Of a DNA stretch of 64,000 bases, positions 27,554 through 42,235 are shown piece after piece. The notes beneath the pieces are model-generated. The model was given only the letters and a program-made list of their open reading frames with translations. It was not told where the DNA came from and searched no databases. The number at the start of each line of letters is the position of its first letter. The first letter of the stretch is position 1. The translations under genes and the position numbers were made by a program. Source of the DNA: Bigelowiella natans CCMP2755. Taxonomy: Eukaryota > Protista > Cercozoa. Location: the NCBI GenBank assembly GCA_000320545.1, contig ADNK01003452.1:1-64000 (forward strand), in the 5' to 3' direction.

Positions 27554-29405
27554 AAAGACAACTACCTATAATATTCAATCGAATCGCTCTCCCCTTGTTG
27601 ATCTTGCATCTTCCACCAACTAGATTTTAGGTGGGAGGGGTTGCTGCTATTTGTGTTGGATTGATCGTGATCTTTGTTATCCTCCTCCTTATTCATCTTG
27701 GAGCCTACTACCCACTGCAACCATGATGTGTCACTTCCCTGTTCAAAAAAATACGAATGATGCACATTATGTTGTGTTTATTATAACCATCGTACCAAGT
27801 GCTAGGTTTGAGTGGAAAGACAGAATTGCAGATTATAATCTACACTAATGAAATGACTCGAGGGTCATTAGACTAAACATCTGTTTGCATAGCTTGCAAC
27901 CCTCCGATTCATGTCTTTGGATTAACGCTTAAAATCGATATGTGTGGTTGGTGGTAATATTCTGTTCCTCGTCCTCGATATACCTTTGGATCATCAACGC
28001 AACGAAATGGAAATCCCCTGCAAACGTCGAATACTTCATCCTCTTCATCAGCAATGGCATCGATGTGCTTCAGCCTCATCTCCTCTTCTTTGTCCATTTG
28101 CTCTTTTACTGCCTTTACACCTCGCAACGATTTGTGAGTTACGCTAAATTCGCTTCGAGGGATTCGATCGATTGTATTAGTCGCCTCATCTGTTTTTGTA
28201 TTGGAATAAACGATTTTCTTTATGTGTTTTCCAATTATCAAGTGCTGCTCCTTAATGAATTGCGTGTAGTTGAGAAAAGAATACATAGACATGCTTCACA
28301 TGGTAACATGGCTATGTGTGTGTGTGTGTTTGTGTTTGTGTGTGTGAGTGTGTGTGTTTCCGGAAAGGCTGCAAATGGAAAGATGAAACCAGCGCATATA
28401 TTCACGATTAGGACAATACTGCGATTTTTTTTAATGTTTTGTGCTGATTATTAGCGGCACCGCCATTCTTCTCTTCTGCTTCTTCCTCTGACTCGTCATC
28501 TTCTTCATCCTCCTCATTTTCCACGATTTGATTATTCTTTTCCACCTCTTCTTTCTTTTTCGCTTCATCCTCTTCTGCCTCAGCTTCTATGGGCTGTTTT
28601 CTGAAACTGCGGGGCTTTAGAGTTATTTTATCAGGTCTCTTAGCAATTATTAGTGAGTATGATGCCAGCTCCGTGTCGCAACGGCCAAACGCCGCGCATT
28701 TCTCGAAGTCTAAGAAACGTTTAAGGAGCTTTGATTAAAAATAAATGAACGTTGATTCGACACAAACTGCGGATAATGTGAAATTTATTGATAGAATACG
28801 ATAAGCAAGCTATCTCTATGCTGTATTTTTTATACTTGTGTGTGTGTGGTGCGTGTGTTCATGGTTTCACCGATTTTAGCAGCTTCTTGCAGTATCTCTA
28901 TTCCGACACCGAAGACCTATTTATATACCCAGCACAAAGAGAATGGAAGAAACGAATCAACCAATCGTTAAATGGATGTATAGAGAAATAATAGCGTGGA
29001 ACATTTAAGATCCGAAAAATATATGACATAACAGATGAATCACTGATGCGCTAATGAAACCAACGGATTAAATCAGTAATGATGCACAACAATCTTGTTA
29101 CTAAGCAACAACCATCAAAATTTGTGCACGCAATAATTCAACAAAATCTTCATTTAAATTTAAAGAAAAAATCTCGAATTGACAAGCGGAGAAGGAGATG
29201 TCTCTATTGATGGTGACATATCATCATACCGTGACTTTAGCATCATGGATAAATACTTTACGTCGCAAAAACAAAGTCTTAGATCCAATGCCTCTGTCTG
29301 TCTTAGCATCAGCGAATGATGCATCTTTGAAGTCGCAATCTCCACGAACTAATCCTGCGCCATTTGACACTCTCCGAAGCTTTGCGATATGGCATGGCAA
29401 CACAA

Positions 29406-29444
<39 letters not shown>

Positions 29445-31493
29445 TGACACACGCAAACGTTACATACGTCTTTCTGTCTTATGACAGAAGGGATATTAGT
29501 AGGACGTTTTTGTTCCATTCTTACGCAAACACGAGATATACAAAGCAGAATTGAAGGTCTTTTTCTCGCGCATGGTGCAGTATGCAGTGGCAGTATGCTG
29601 AAAAAGGCCAACGAATCTAGTGCTGCCTGGTTACTAGTACTAAATTCACTAGGATAATAATACCCTGAATCGATTTGAAATTGCATCGTTGAGAGCGAGT
29701 CTGAAGTCAGAAGATCCTACTAAGACAATCTTGATTGCTGCAAAACGCCCTCTCCCACCCATGAGAGAGGCTGTTACACTGACAATACCCCCATCCAAAT
29801 CTTCCCAGAATGCAGGCCATTCCCAATATTCACCAAAATGCTTCTCTTCATGTTTCTCTTCCTCTTTAAAAGATGGGAGCATTTTGGGTGCAACCCCCAT
29901 TGCTAACATAGGCACTGATGCTGCTCTGCTAAGAAGTTCTTCCGCAGCAGCAGCAGCAGCAGGTCTATGGAGTATTAATAACGAGCCCTCTCCAAGGGGA
30001 ATGTCCCCGGTCGCTTTAACGGGGGAAGCTGCACCGATTTTGTACCCTCCAAACGTTATAGCTGAAAGGCATTTGAGGTGATTGTAGCGACGAAGGAAGG
30101 AGGAGGAGGAGGGGGAGGAGGAGGAGGGAGAAGGAGAGACTTTTTTCACTTCTCCTAGTGACACCTCACTAGTGAATATGGGGTGTTGCGAGAGGATTCC
30201 TGATTCAACTCCGACGGTAGGAGGGGGGAACCTAAGATGGGGTGAAGGGGTGTTGGATGGTGGGCAAGGAAACAATCACTGCGTTGCCTAATACTAATTC
30301 GATGTTGGAAAGCTGGAAGTCTATAGTTATCTTCGTAGAAACAACACCATCATAAAGGAACGTGGCACGAATTGGAAAAAAATATAATAGGCAAGTGTGA
30401 TGATTGCTGCTGTGTTGGGCTGGTATTCTTGTATTGCAAGTATTGCCAATAAATCCTCATTTTTCAGTTTTATTGTCTGACTTGATATAATCACGTTTCA
30501 GGTTTTTATCGCACCTAAACGTTGTCGTTGAAGTAAGATTCCCATCCGAATCTACCAGAGCTTGCCATATCTACCAGTGCAGTAGTAGGAGAAGGAGTAG
30601 GAGAAACAAGATTAAAAATGTTTTCAAGATGGAAAAGTGCGGAATAAATGCCAGAAACATGATCGTGTAACGCATAGCATTCTCCAACAGAGAACGGCGA
30701 AGTGGCAAGTAAAAGCGACTCGCCTGGAGGTAGGTATTTGCCACAAGTTGTCTATCGTTGACATTGTGTAACAGAATCTTAATCATAAATCCCAACAAGA
30801 CGAAAAATGAGCTGTCATCGATTTCATTGATTTCGAGATGACTTCACCCCTCCGACTCTTGTTTGATTATGGTACAAATACAGCGAACGAAGTATCATCA
30901 TCATCATCATCCATTTACCCAACCCCTCGTTACTACTACTGCATTACCGGCTTCAAACTTGTTCGATATCCCGCAAACACGACTTTATCACGCTTTACAC
31001 GGACCAGGACCACAGATGGATGAATAACTTCACCATCGGAAGAAGTGGTATGAGTAGCATTTACGTTCTTGTTCCTTCGTCGTCGCATGATCAATCTTTC
31101 TCTGAGTTTGCTGCAAAAAAACATTTAAAAATATCTCATTCAATACTCGAAGATGTTGCAGAATGGTCATTTTGTATGTTGTTGTCCCCTCCTGGTTCTC
31201 TTCCGTGTGTTTATCATCGTCATTATCATCATCATCATCATCATCACATAGAAGTAGTACCAAGGGTTGTCCTCTTTCTTCAATTCAGTCTCCATAACAG
31301 ATGATGATGGGCAAGAAGAAGTAGAGGAAGTAGAGGGTAAGGCAGCTTCGTTGTCGCTTGGAATTATACTCGTAAGACGATATCCTAAGATGATAATGCC
31401 CCATGGTGTTGGGGAATATGCAATATTTTTATATATACGTTATAATCATGTAAGGGTAGGTAATTTATACTGATAATCTGAATAGAATATTTA

Positions 31494-31539
<46 letters not shown>

Positions 31540-32608
31540 ATTTACAAGATAGGATGCCACCTTCCTCGTACATACGCATCATTGCTGACATCTCCACAGC
31601 CTCTTCCCAATGCACGTCCTCTGCCCATTGAGCAGAATCCAAGATACCACAAATGCGACCAAGATGGGGGGGGACACTCATTGAGGACGAAGAAGAGGAA
31701 GAGGCAGATGATATCGCCTTGTTCCTCGTTGGTGATTTTGCAAGCTTGATGCCGACTATTCTACTCGAATCACTACATTTAAATTCTCTTCCTATTATAA
31801 CTTCATTTGCCCGTGCTGACTGCGAAAGGAGGCCACACGGATAACAGCAGTTTGCAGTAGTTGTAGCATTGGTAGTAGTGGTAGTGGTAGTGCGGGTAGT
31901 AGAGGCTGGGTATCTTAGAAGGCCGGGAACACCAAAAAACACAGTGCGGCCTTGATTTGTGGTGAATTCCAACCCAATTTCTGCTCCCTGAAGAAGCATA
32001 CACACACACAGCAAAAGTGTGTTGAAGAGAGGAATAGTATAAGTGCTGTGCGGAATGGTAGTAGCAGGTCGGCAAACAGGGCGTTGTCTTTGTTTTACGT
32101 AAAAAAAAAAAACTATATTTCTATCAACTGTCTACTCGCGAATATTAATGAAATATAAAATGAATATTACAGATGTAAAGGAAACTATGTCTATGTGTGT
32201 GTGTGTGTGTGTGTGTTTTGGAATATGGTAGTACACTGCACATTTGTTTTTCATCATCAACATATAAAATATACACCAATTTCAATTTATATATATTAAA
32301 CCTTCCAAACAAAGGTTTTGAGCGAGATCATCTCCTCTCCCTCCAAAAAGGAAAATGAATCCTGCTGTCCGCTGTAGTAAACGGCATGGAACAACAAAGA
32401 AGTAAGAGGGAATTTGACGTTATTTGGAGTTACTACTGCACTCGTTATTGTATATGCATAATGATGAAATGAAGCCAACATGTTATCATAGCCTTAGCAA
32501 GCAAGTAAAGCGTGTTTACCATGAGAATTATCATATTGGGCTATACGGTTACTAACGTATATGCTGAATAGCAGCAGAGTGTATAAATCTATACATATAT
32601 ATTGATAT

Positions 32609-32660
<52 letters not shown>

Positions 32661-33411
32661 ATATGAAATGTAGAAAGCCTTCATTGTGATAGGCACGGAG
32701 GATATTGTTAATAGAATAGAGGCGACTAATAATATTGCAAAGACTACTACTATTACTACTATACATGACGTGGTGTTCTCTATCTACTTCCTATATGATA
32801 AACTGTACTTTCTTCGTTTGCCATTAATTGTAGGTTCAAAGAGCACTGATGAGAGAGAAACATTGTACACAATATGTATTAATCTATTCTGGCCCGTCAA
32901 TGGACACCAAAGACCACAACAAAACAAATATGAAGAAGAGGAGAGAGTGAGAGATGAACCTCCTTTGAGTAACTTCATCTCTTCCTGTGTATATCGACCT
33001 GATAGGTAACAATCAGCAGCATTTGTTACATCAAATAACAACAACAAACAACAAGGAAGAGGAGGAGGAGGAGGAGGAGGAGGAGGAGGAGGATGATGCT
33101 AGAATGATGATGACTGATCGATTTCTTCTTCCGTAACATACAATCAGCATTAAAAGACTGCTGCATGCATCACAACTTGCAAAGGACTATCTATTCCTCT
33201 GCTGCTGATACAAACTGAGTCTTGTTGCTCTCCTTAGGAGATTGTAGTAGTAGAAGTAGTAGTAGTAGTAGTAGTGGTGGTGGTGGCGGTATTAGTAGAG
33301 TATTACCGTTTGCTTCGGTCCATTTGATTGCTATATTGCTGTATAGCTTATTCAACCTGGGCCCAAAGTATATTGCTGCTGCACTTGTCTTATCCCCCCC
33401 GGACTTAGCTA

Positions 33412-33442
<31 letters not shown>

Positions 33443-33540
33443 CGGGGGTCTTACGTCATTTCTGCTAAATTCTGCGATCAAAAGTGACACTTAATCAGCA
33501 ATATTCATCGGCTTTCACACGTATCATTACTATAATCACT

Positions 33541-33582
<42 letters not shown>

Positions 33583-34035
33583 GTTATCATTATTATATAT
33601 TAAATGGGCATGGTTTTCGGGTGCGTGTGGAAAAAACAGCAATGGTGGAAACAGCTCTCATCGTTGCTGATATTATGATGATGACATTACCACCCCATAC
33701 AACAAGACAAACCGTAGTCATGATGCGATGTTAAGATCAGTAGAAGGAAGAGGTAGATCACTGACCGGTGAGGAAGGAGTGGTAGGTTCTCCCGTTCGAT
33801 ACAGCCTTTTCTATGTCGCGCTTAAGGGTGTTTGTTGCCTCTTCCTTCATCCTCGTGGCCTCTACCAGGTCCTCTGATATCTGTGTTATTGTCTTTATTG
33901 TTGTTGTTGTTTATATTGTTGCTGTTGTTGCATATGTTGTCAACAAATCCATCAGATGATAAAACAACACCTCGGTCAAATGTAATATACGTTACCATTT
34001 TGGTGGATTTGATATCTACAAAAATGCGGGGGCGC

Positions 34036-34074
<39 letters not shown>

Positions 34075-34942
34075 ATGTTTGTAAAGAAGGCGGGTATATA
34101 TGTGCTTGTTCGTAGAAAAGGCCAGCAGCAGACATACATATCGATCGTATCCTTCCGTTGTTGATCTTGTAGCAGTATTCGCTATGAAATCATACTCCTT
34201 ATAAAGAATGAGAAGGAAGGGAAACGGTGAATCAGATCAGATAATAACGAAAAAGACGGATATCTTCGATAAATGAGCAAATTGCAGTACAAAGCCGTGC
34301 TCAGAGGCTACAAGCTGATATATGTGCCTTTCGTGCAAATAAAGCCGCTGGTAGCAAGCAGATTTGGTGGCTATCATTTCAATCATTCCATCAATCAATA
34401 TCATCGGATATATCATCAGACACTTCACAACAAATACGAATTTCATCACTTTCGATGTTCCATCATCAAAGTAGAACTTGACAACAGCAATCTGGTAATA
34501 GTGAGGTAGTGCTTTGCCAGTCTCCATCTTCTTCTTCTTCTTATTCTTGTTCTTGTTCCCCTCCTCCTTTTCCTCTTTCCTTTTGCCACCATCTTTATTT
34601 TTGCCCTTTTTGTCCTTCTTTAAGGGCCTCTTCTTGCCCCACACACGTATCTATAGATGGTGGTGGGGAGAACAAAAGGAATGTGAGTAAGTTCGTCTTA
34701 AAGCAGCAATAACTCTTAAACATATTATTTCTAAGAGATAGATGTTAAGCGTGATACTACTACTTTGACTATTCTTGGTCCTTGAACGATATCAGGAAGA
34801 GGAGGAAGAAGCTTTCGAGAGGAGAAAGGAGAGCCCTTAATGTCCTCCTCCTCATCCCCTTTCTTGTTTCGTGATAACATGATCCTGGAGAGATGCAAAA
34901 TGGTGAATGAATTATCATTGTTCCTTTTATTATTGGCAACAA

Positions 34943-34974
<32 letters not shown>

Positions 34975-35131
34975 CATATCCTCCGACCATACCTAACGGC
35001 AGGAGCGCCCCCATTGATCATCATCTTTCCCTCCTCGGTGCGTGATTTGCCATTGCCGTGTTGGAACGATAATGTCGCAATATCGAGATCACCATTGCTA
35101 CTGCTGCATGATTTGATGTAATGGATGGTTA

Positions 35132-35176
<45 letters not shown>

Positions 35177-36053
35177 CATATTGCAGGCTGTGTGTTTGTG
35201 TGTGGGCTCAAAAACGTGCGTCAATTACAACAACAACAACAACTACTACTACTACTACTACTACTTCTACTACTACTACCTATGGTGCTGAGCAAGGGAA
35301 GAGTGCTCCTTGACTCTCTCAGGATGAAGCTTGCTCGTAGATGTATTATAAAGCATGATGAAGGCACCGTTGTCTCCCAATATGCGAAGATCATTTGGAG
35401 AAGGAGGTGATAGGTTTGTTAATGAGTGTGAGGAAGATTGAAGAGAAGCAGCAGCACCGTGTACAGCATCAACTAGATACTCAAGGAAGATCTGTGGATC
35501 CTGAGTGTTGTTGTTATTGGAACGATGCAGACAATTGAATAGAAAGAACACAAACCAAAGCAAATTAAAGATTAGATAGAATCAATCATCTGTCGATGAT
35601 ATACTATCCAATAGCAATGCTGCTGATGTAAAGCAGCAACACCTGTGGGGTGGAAAGTATGCCTGAAAATGATGAGAACCTTTTAACAGTAGTATAACAA
35701 CAAATACAATGATCATAAGAGTTGCTTCATGAGCTTAGAATCATTTTAAGAAATGATGACCCTAGAGGCGATGTGAGAATCTGACGAGAGGCGCATTGCT
35801 GTCTTCTCTCCTGCACATATTATCAGCTCATTTAATAGGTTGTCAACGAGAGTGCTTCATAGGGAAACGCATGAACAAGAAAGAAGACTATCATCGAAGC
35901 ATAGGAAAGAGACATTTATTCACCCCTTCGTTCAAAAGTAGAAGGCCCTCTGCCTCAAGATAGTCGAGGACATTAGACAGGCAGAAATAGTCCCCAGCCT
36001 TTTTCGTATACAATGTTTTCAAACGATAATTTGTACAAGAAACGTTAAGTAGA

Positions 36054-36089
<36 letters not shown>

Positions 36090-36599
36090 TGTATCCGATA
36101 GATGGAGATAGAGCAATGATCAGAATGCTGAATGTCGAATAAATATGATGCAACAACCAGGTGAAGCGAAGTCTGTTCCAATCCTTCCCGTGTTGTCCGA
36201 GACTCTAATATGTTGATGTGTTTATTTATTTGTTTATTTTCAGGTTTGATGTTCAGTATGTAATAAGAAAATAAAAGGACATCAACACTACAAGTATTGT
36301 TCATAAAAAATATACGCATTAAGACAAATATGTTGGAAAAAATATCATTCTAAGATGCATAAGATGATATCATCGCCGAATAATACCTGCTAGAACACCA
36401 ACGCATGTCAACACTGGCCTCATAACTCTTCCCATGCCACTCGATGCCATCGCAGCAACCTAGTTCAAACTTACTGTCATTTCGTGTACGTGCAAAACTG
36501 GCCATCATCGTCACACCACACAATCAAAAAAGATCGGGATGATTCGTTCGTAGATCGGTATTTACCTATTCTCTTGCCCTCTCGTAAACACGCGTAATA

Positions 36600-36632
<33 letters not shown>

Positions 36633-36950
36633 ATTAGATATTTATATTCCAGTGTGTATCTCGATCTACCCTTGCCCCGAGCAATTGCTTGTGAATCTCG
36701 CCCCCTGTTTCGTTGTGGTCCCCGGTAGGTTTATTAAAGGATGCTGTCTGTCCTCCAGATAATAATAGGCTACACACGGTTGGAGTACTTAGATAGTTGT
36801 CGCATATATTCTTTCCTATTATAAGTTTTTTTGGGACTCAACAGTCTAGGTTGAACGGCCTCAAGATTGGGTCGAAATGATAGTAGTAGCAGACCACGGT
36901 GAATGTTCCGTTGTAGGAAGGTAGGATGTGACCTAACCCACCAATTATTC
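20560..36950 (-). CDS. Large multi-exon locus (one or more genes), unknown function; low-complexity regions, jacalin-like and Sel1/TPR-like motifs
   Basis: Dozens of GT-AG-bounded minus-strand open segments separated by SSR-containing introns. Examples: QDPQIFLEYLVDAVHG (35.5 kb), AVVKFYFDDGTSK (34.5 kb), GAEIGLEFTTNQGRTVFFG (31.95 kb), long exons at 29.65-30.27 and 26.93-27.41 kb, and YELAASFGNEEAK (22.95 kb). Gene number and ends are unresolved. Confidence 0.45.
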
Positions 36951-37535
36951 TCATCAATTTGAATTCGGTTTTCAAACTTCGGATTCCACAGCCGAAAAAT
37001 TAAATCGAGGATGTTCGCATCATTGTGTGGTGATTTTGGTAAAAATGAAGTCGAGAAATTATTTGGAACGGGCTTCCCGTAATGGATCTGTGTTTTAACA
37101 ATTTCAGCTGTTGTAAGTGTTTCTGCTACATCTTTTGTTAGTCAGATATTCAAGCACGGGAACTCAGAACCGGACTTCAGTTTCATTTTTGGTGTTACAG
37201 GCACGTTGTCGTAGATTATGATTACATGTGATTTTGCTACTTTTTGGCATGTATATTGATGTCGTTCATGATTATTGGGTAGGGAACGTTGCCAAGAAAT
37301 CTATCTCCAGAATGAAGAATTGTTGATCATCTATTATCCGAAGAACAAATACTCCTCGCCCCCATCTTCAAACAGAACAAACAGAACAAACGCTCAGGGC
37401 TCCATGTATGTATTCCGATTAGAATTGACAATTTCTCCCAGCAATCTTATCAGTTTGGTATGGGTTGTACTCCTCCTGTGTTGTCTTAAAATGTAGTAGC
37501 AGTAGTAGCAGTACTTGCTGGTGGAGGTGGGAACA

Positions 37536-38583
37536 ATGGCAGCCGAACGAAAACGGGGTCTCACCCAACAAGAAATCGATAAAATGAGAGCTGAGAAAAC
37601 AGCTGAACTGATGAAGCAGGTTATTTTGATTAATCCTACCGAGAAAATGCTTCAATTGGTGGTTGGGAGGAAGCTTGGGAACATTGTAGTAGCAGTAGTA
37701 GTTGCTACTCTGATGTCGCCTGATAGCCAACTGCCGTGATCATCAGGCTGATTTAAGATCTCGAAAGGCTGAAGTTACTGTGAAAGTAATTATTACGATT
37801 TGTGCTACTGCCCACGATGTGAATGGAGCAGTAACAATAGAGCTGACTATTGATAATAATACACATGTTAGATATCGCTCGCACATGTAGGTATCTGTAT
37901 TTGTATTGCTTCTTATCTTGTCCATTCTCAACACACGCCAGAAGGCAAAACAATAGCATTGAAAGATAGAAACATATATGCTGCTCTCACTGATGGATTA
38001 CTAATTCAGAGTCGATACGCATCTTATGTGATCGGAGAACTTGATGATAACGCCATAGTACTCTTTGGTTTCTAATTCCTCTTAACTGATTCAAATACCT
38101 ATTCAAATATTTGTAACGTACCAACAAGAATAAGGGAGAGAAATGGGGCAATCCATTGGACAAAATTTTTACCTACAAATGTTTATCTATTCGAGTATAT
38201 TCATTTCAATATGGTTTTGCACGTTTTGTAGTAGCCTACATTGTTGTCTTTTACATCATCAGCTGCTGAATCACAACCTCAGTCGTAATTGTCTTTTACA
38301 TGATCAGCTGCTGAATCACAACCTCAGTCGTAGTTTTGTCCATTATTCAGTGTGTAGTACAAGTGCCGTTGAGCATCAAACCAGGAATGAGCTTCTTAGT
38401 GAGGTGACTTGCTTCGATCATTGTCAAATAAACTTACGAACACACACTACGTTAAAGCACAACACGATGCTGCTGCTGACTATGGAAGCATGTTAACAAT
38501 GACATTCATACGCTCTCATCTACTACCTCTATCATCGTCGTCGTCATTGTCACCACCCAACAATACTTTCCCTACAATTATTG

Positions 38584-38622
<39 letters not shown>

Positions 38623-39134
38623 AGAGTTGGTGACGAAGAAGATCTGGTGTCTATTACCCCCCCCCCCGGAACAGGTAGTAAGTTGTACCTGTTTTCAACC
38701 AATCAGTGCTACTACTTTAAAAGTAAAAGCCACGCAGCGAGGAGGGAGGGAACGACCTCATACATGAGCATGATTGATGAAGACACAACTGAATACCGGT
38801 TGAGTGCTGCCAAAGTGTGTTGTATCATTTCCCTGATCATCCTCTGCTGAGCTATCATGATAACGACGACGATGATGATGTTGATGATGATGATGCTGGT
38901 GTGTTCTTTCTACCTGCTCTTCCTCCTTCCTCCTCCTCCCCATATTTGTTGATAAGGACCAGGAACCTTCCTCAAGTTCAATCTTCATGAAACAGAGGTA
39001 GTAGAAGTATAATCACTGCTTTACAGTAAATCAGTTAATAGTGGTGAGGAAAGGGGTGTATTATATCGTAACAATTAAACGATAACACCTGGTTATAGTA
39101 CGTGTTTCGAGCGTTGAGATCTCTTCCATCTTAC

Positions 39135-39175
<41 letters not shown>

Positions 39176-40124
39176 TTTCCCTCTCTCCCTCTCCCTCTCC
39201 CTCTCTCTCAATTTCTTTACTATTCTTCCTCTCTCTCATTTACTCCTCTTGTTTGGATGTTATGTTCATGAACGACGATGATGATGATACTACAAGTATT
39301 AAGATTATTACCTAAATTAGTTGTCTGTTTAGCTACATAATGTGGCTCTTCTGCGTCTGTGTAAAATATTGATGATAATAATTGCTGATGTCGTTTTCGT
39401 GTATGCTTATGTTTGCTTATGTTTAGTCCCTCTCTCGATCATTGTTTCATTCATAATCACAGCTACGAGCGTTTGCTTGTGTAGATCACTTTTTGTATGA
39501 TAAATAACTCAATTCAGTCGGCAAAAGACTTGGACGAGATCAGGATTGAGAAGTAAGTACTATGATGGATTTGATAGTGTACCTAGAGACTATATAACCA
39601 TTGTTTTCGTGATTTACCAGTAGCATGGGGAAAATGATGCAAAAAGACTTATTATTGAAGTTAGGAACCAACTATACTTTTTACTATTACTCTGTATCTA
39701 TTAGAACATCGATAGCAAGTAGTTCCACTTCGTTAGTATGTAGTATTAGCATACACTGCTGTAAAGTCATTTCAGTGTAGGCCCCTGAGAATACAGAAGT
39801 CATCACTACTAGTTGTAGTTGAGTGTTGTCGGTTGCACATATGTTAATACCTTGCTGCCTTGTCATGTGGTCAAGGAGCGTACAATTAAGTACATTATTC
39901 CTGTGCGCACTACTACCTCCTAGGAAAATGATTGAGAAAGAGGACAGAGAAGGCGGGGGGGCAGATGAAGGAGGTTATCTCTTAATTCGTAGATAGTTTA
40001 AAAGAAGAAGAAGAAGAAGAAGAAGAAGAAGAAGAAGAAGAAGAGGAAGAGGAAAAACCAAGAGAGTAACAGGGGCACACACACCCACACAAACACACAA
40101 ACACACACACACACACATATATAA

Positions 40125-40164
<40 letters not shown>

Positions 40165-40251
40165 TATGTGAATATATATCTTAAGGAGTGAAAGTCGAAG
40201 GATATTTGCTTAAAAGAGGGTTTGTTACACAATCATCAAAATTATATAAAT

Positions 40252-40290
<39 letters not shown>

Positions 40291-41038
40291 TTATATATAA
40301 ATATACACAATCATCAAAATAAGAAGGAAGGTTCTCGGCATACAGAAGCATAATTAATGATGACAACAGTGGTAGTAGTAACACACATAGTATATGATGA
40401 TGCGTGATGATGATGCTTTAGGTTGATAAACAAGGCGTACAAGCGTCGTTATTTCCGCTTAATTAACGGACAACTTCGATATTTTGCCTTGAAGTCTTCA
40501 CCGATGAACAAGATAAAGGGGTAAGTAAGTAAGTAAGTAAGTAAGTATGTGGTAGGTAATGCAACATAGCTTACCTTCATAACGGGCTTCTATTACGAGT
40601 GGATCTTCAACAAATGCTGCATGCAGATGTGCGTTCTTGTTAGGGTCAACATGACAGCATTATAGATGGGGTTGGACTTATTACCACCTCATGGGATGGT
40701 GATTTTCCTTCAGTATCATCAGGCTGGCATTGCATACATTTGAAAAGAACGTTGGGGAAGAGTACGGGTAAATATATAAATTGATAGCAAGACTCTACAA
40801 ACCTTAGCATGTGTACCTACAACATAGAAGCAGCACGCTCTAATGCGAATGAAGCATGATCTCACGATATGCGTGATGTATTTTTCTACCTGCGGTTGCG
40901 TTATTAATGGTGATTTGACCTTGTTTCAGATTTCGTATAGTTCATTCTGAGAGGTCATTCACATTGAAGGCGGAGTCTAAGGAAGATTTTGAGATGTGGC
41001 AAAATGCGTTAAAAAATATGTTACCAACCTCATGTTGA
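37536..41038 (+). CDS. PH-domain protein (C-terminal pleckstrin homology domain)
   Basis: Terminal exons GVKVEGYLLKRG|LINKAYKRRYFRLINGQLRYFALKSSPMNKIKG|IIRL...|FRIVHSERSFTLKAESKEDFEMWQNALKNMLPTSC* carry the canonical PH beta1/beta2 motifs and the C-terminal helix Trp. Likely start MAAERKRGLTQQEIDKMRAEK at 37536. Confidence 0.85.
38244..38333. repeat. Intronic tandem duplication, 2 x 45 bp
   Basis: TTGTCTTTTACAT(C/G)ATCAGCTGCTGAATCACAACCTCAGTCGTA(A/G) at 38244 and 38289. Confidence 0.9.
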
Positions 41039-42100
41039 CTGAAATATAGCCTATGAGAGAAGAGCCCATTCTAACCTACCATTCTGTGATCAATATTGGG
41101 ATATAAGATTTTCTAGCTTTCACTGCTGCTGCAGCAAAAAGGCTACACACATAGAGTAGCAGCATTTATATGTGCAGTTTCTTTCTTAGCGGCATAAGGC
41201 TGTATAACTGTATTAGACAGCAGATTTTATTCCGACCGATGTTAATAATGATGTTTGCATGCCGCAGTGTTCAGATTCTTTTAGTTGAAGCATTATTAGC
41301 TTGTACTACCTACAGCTATTCTGTGGATGTAACTAATTGCATGTCGATCGCAATCTCGTCGTATCTTGTCATAATAATAGACACAGTAATAACATATATA
41401 TCATATATGCTGTGACCATTCGTACGCGTACGTCGTCTAAGTCTTTGCGCGACTTATTACATGAGGAACAGCAGCTTGCAGAACGAGTGATGACGTGTGT
41501 TGCCTGTACGTTGCCACAAATATGTGCGACACGCGCTGCAAGCATTCTCTAGCAGATCATGTCTGGTAGATATGAACATAGGAATGTAGCCTAGCACAGC
41601 TGGAAGATGGTGTCACATGCTAGCTAGCTTGCGGTAGTGCGGTCCAAGTAAGCGCGCGTATGTTGCATATCATACCAGTAGACCAGTCAAAAGCTTCGTG
41701 TTCTTTAGTGCGCAGTAGTGCATATCATCAAAGTTAGACATAGAATGTGAAATGGAAAAATCAAGTAGGGCAAGTGAAGCTAAGAAATACAATTAGCGCC
41801 GGGATGTATGCTAATGTACACGAGCGCTGTACGCCAGGGCGCAATTGCATAGGGATATGCTATATGCACCAGTCATTGCGCATCGTGATACTTCAAGTCA
41901 TATTTTTATTTGTGTAGATTATTTTTTCCTATGCTATGAGCTATATGCATCGCATTTATTTGTCTTTTGTTGATAAAGGTTATTCGGCAGCGCACTGCCT
42001 TGAAACAATGTGACCGTATAATGCTCACCACATATCCGCTTTTGTTCTTCTTAGGCCGTTTCACTTGCAGTATCATTGCCATCTTATAATAGTTGTTGCT

Positions 42101-42191
42101 TCATTTCCACCATTTTTCGAACGCCTCTTCCCATCTCTCAATGGTCGGTAAACCGACACCTAGTAGCACAAATAACCCGATATTAATATTA

Positions 42192-42235
<44 letters not shown>

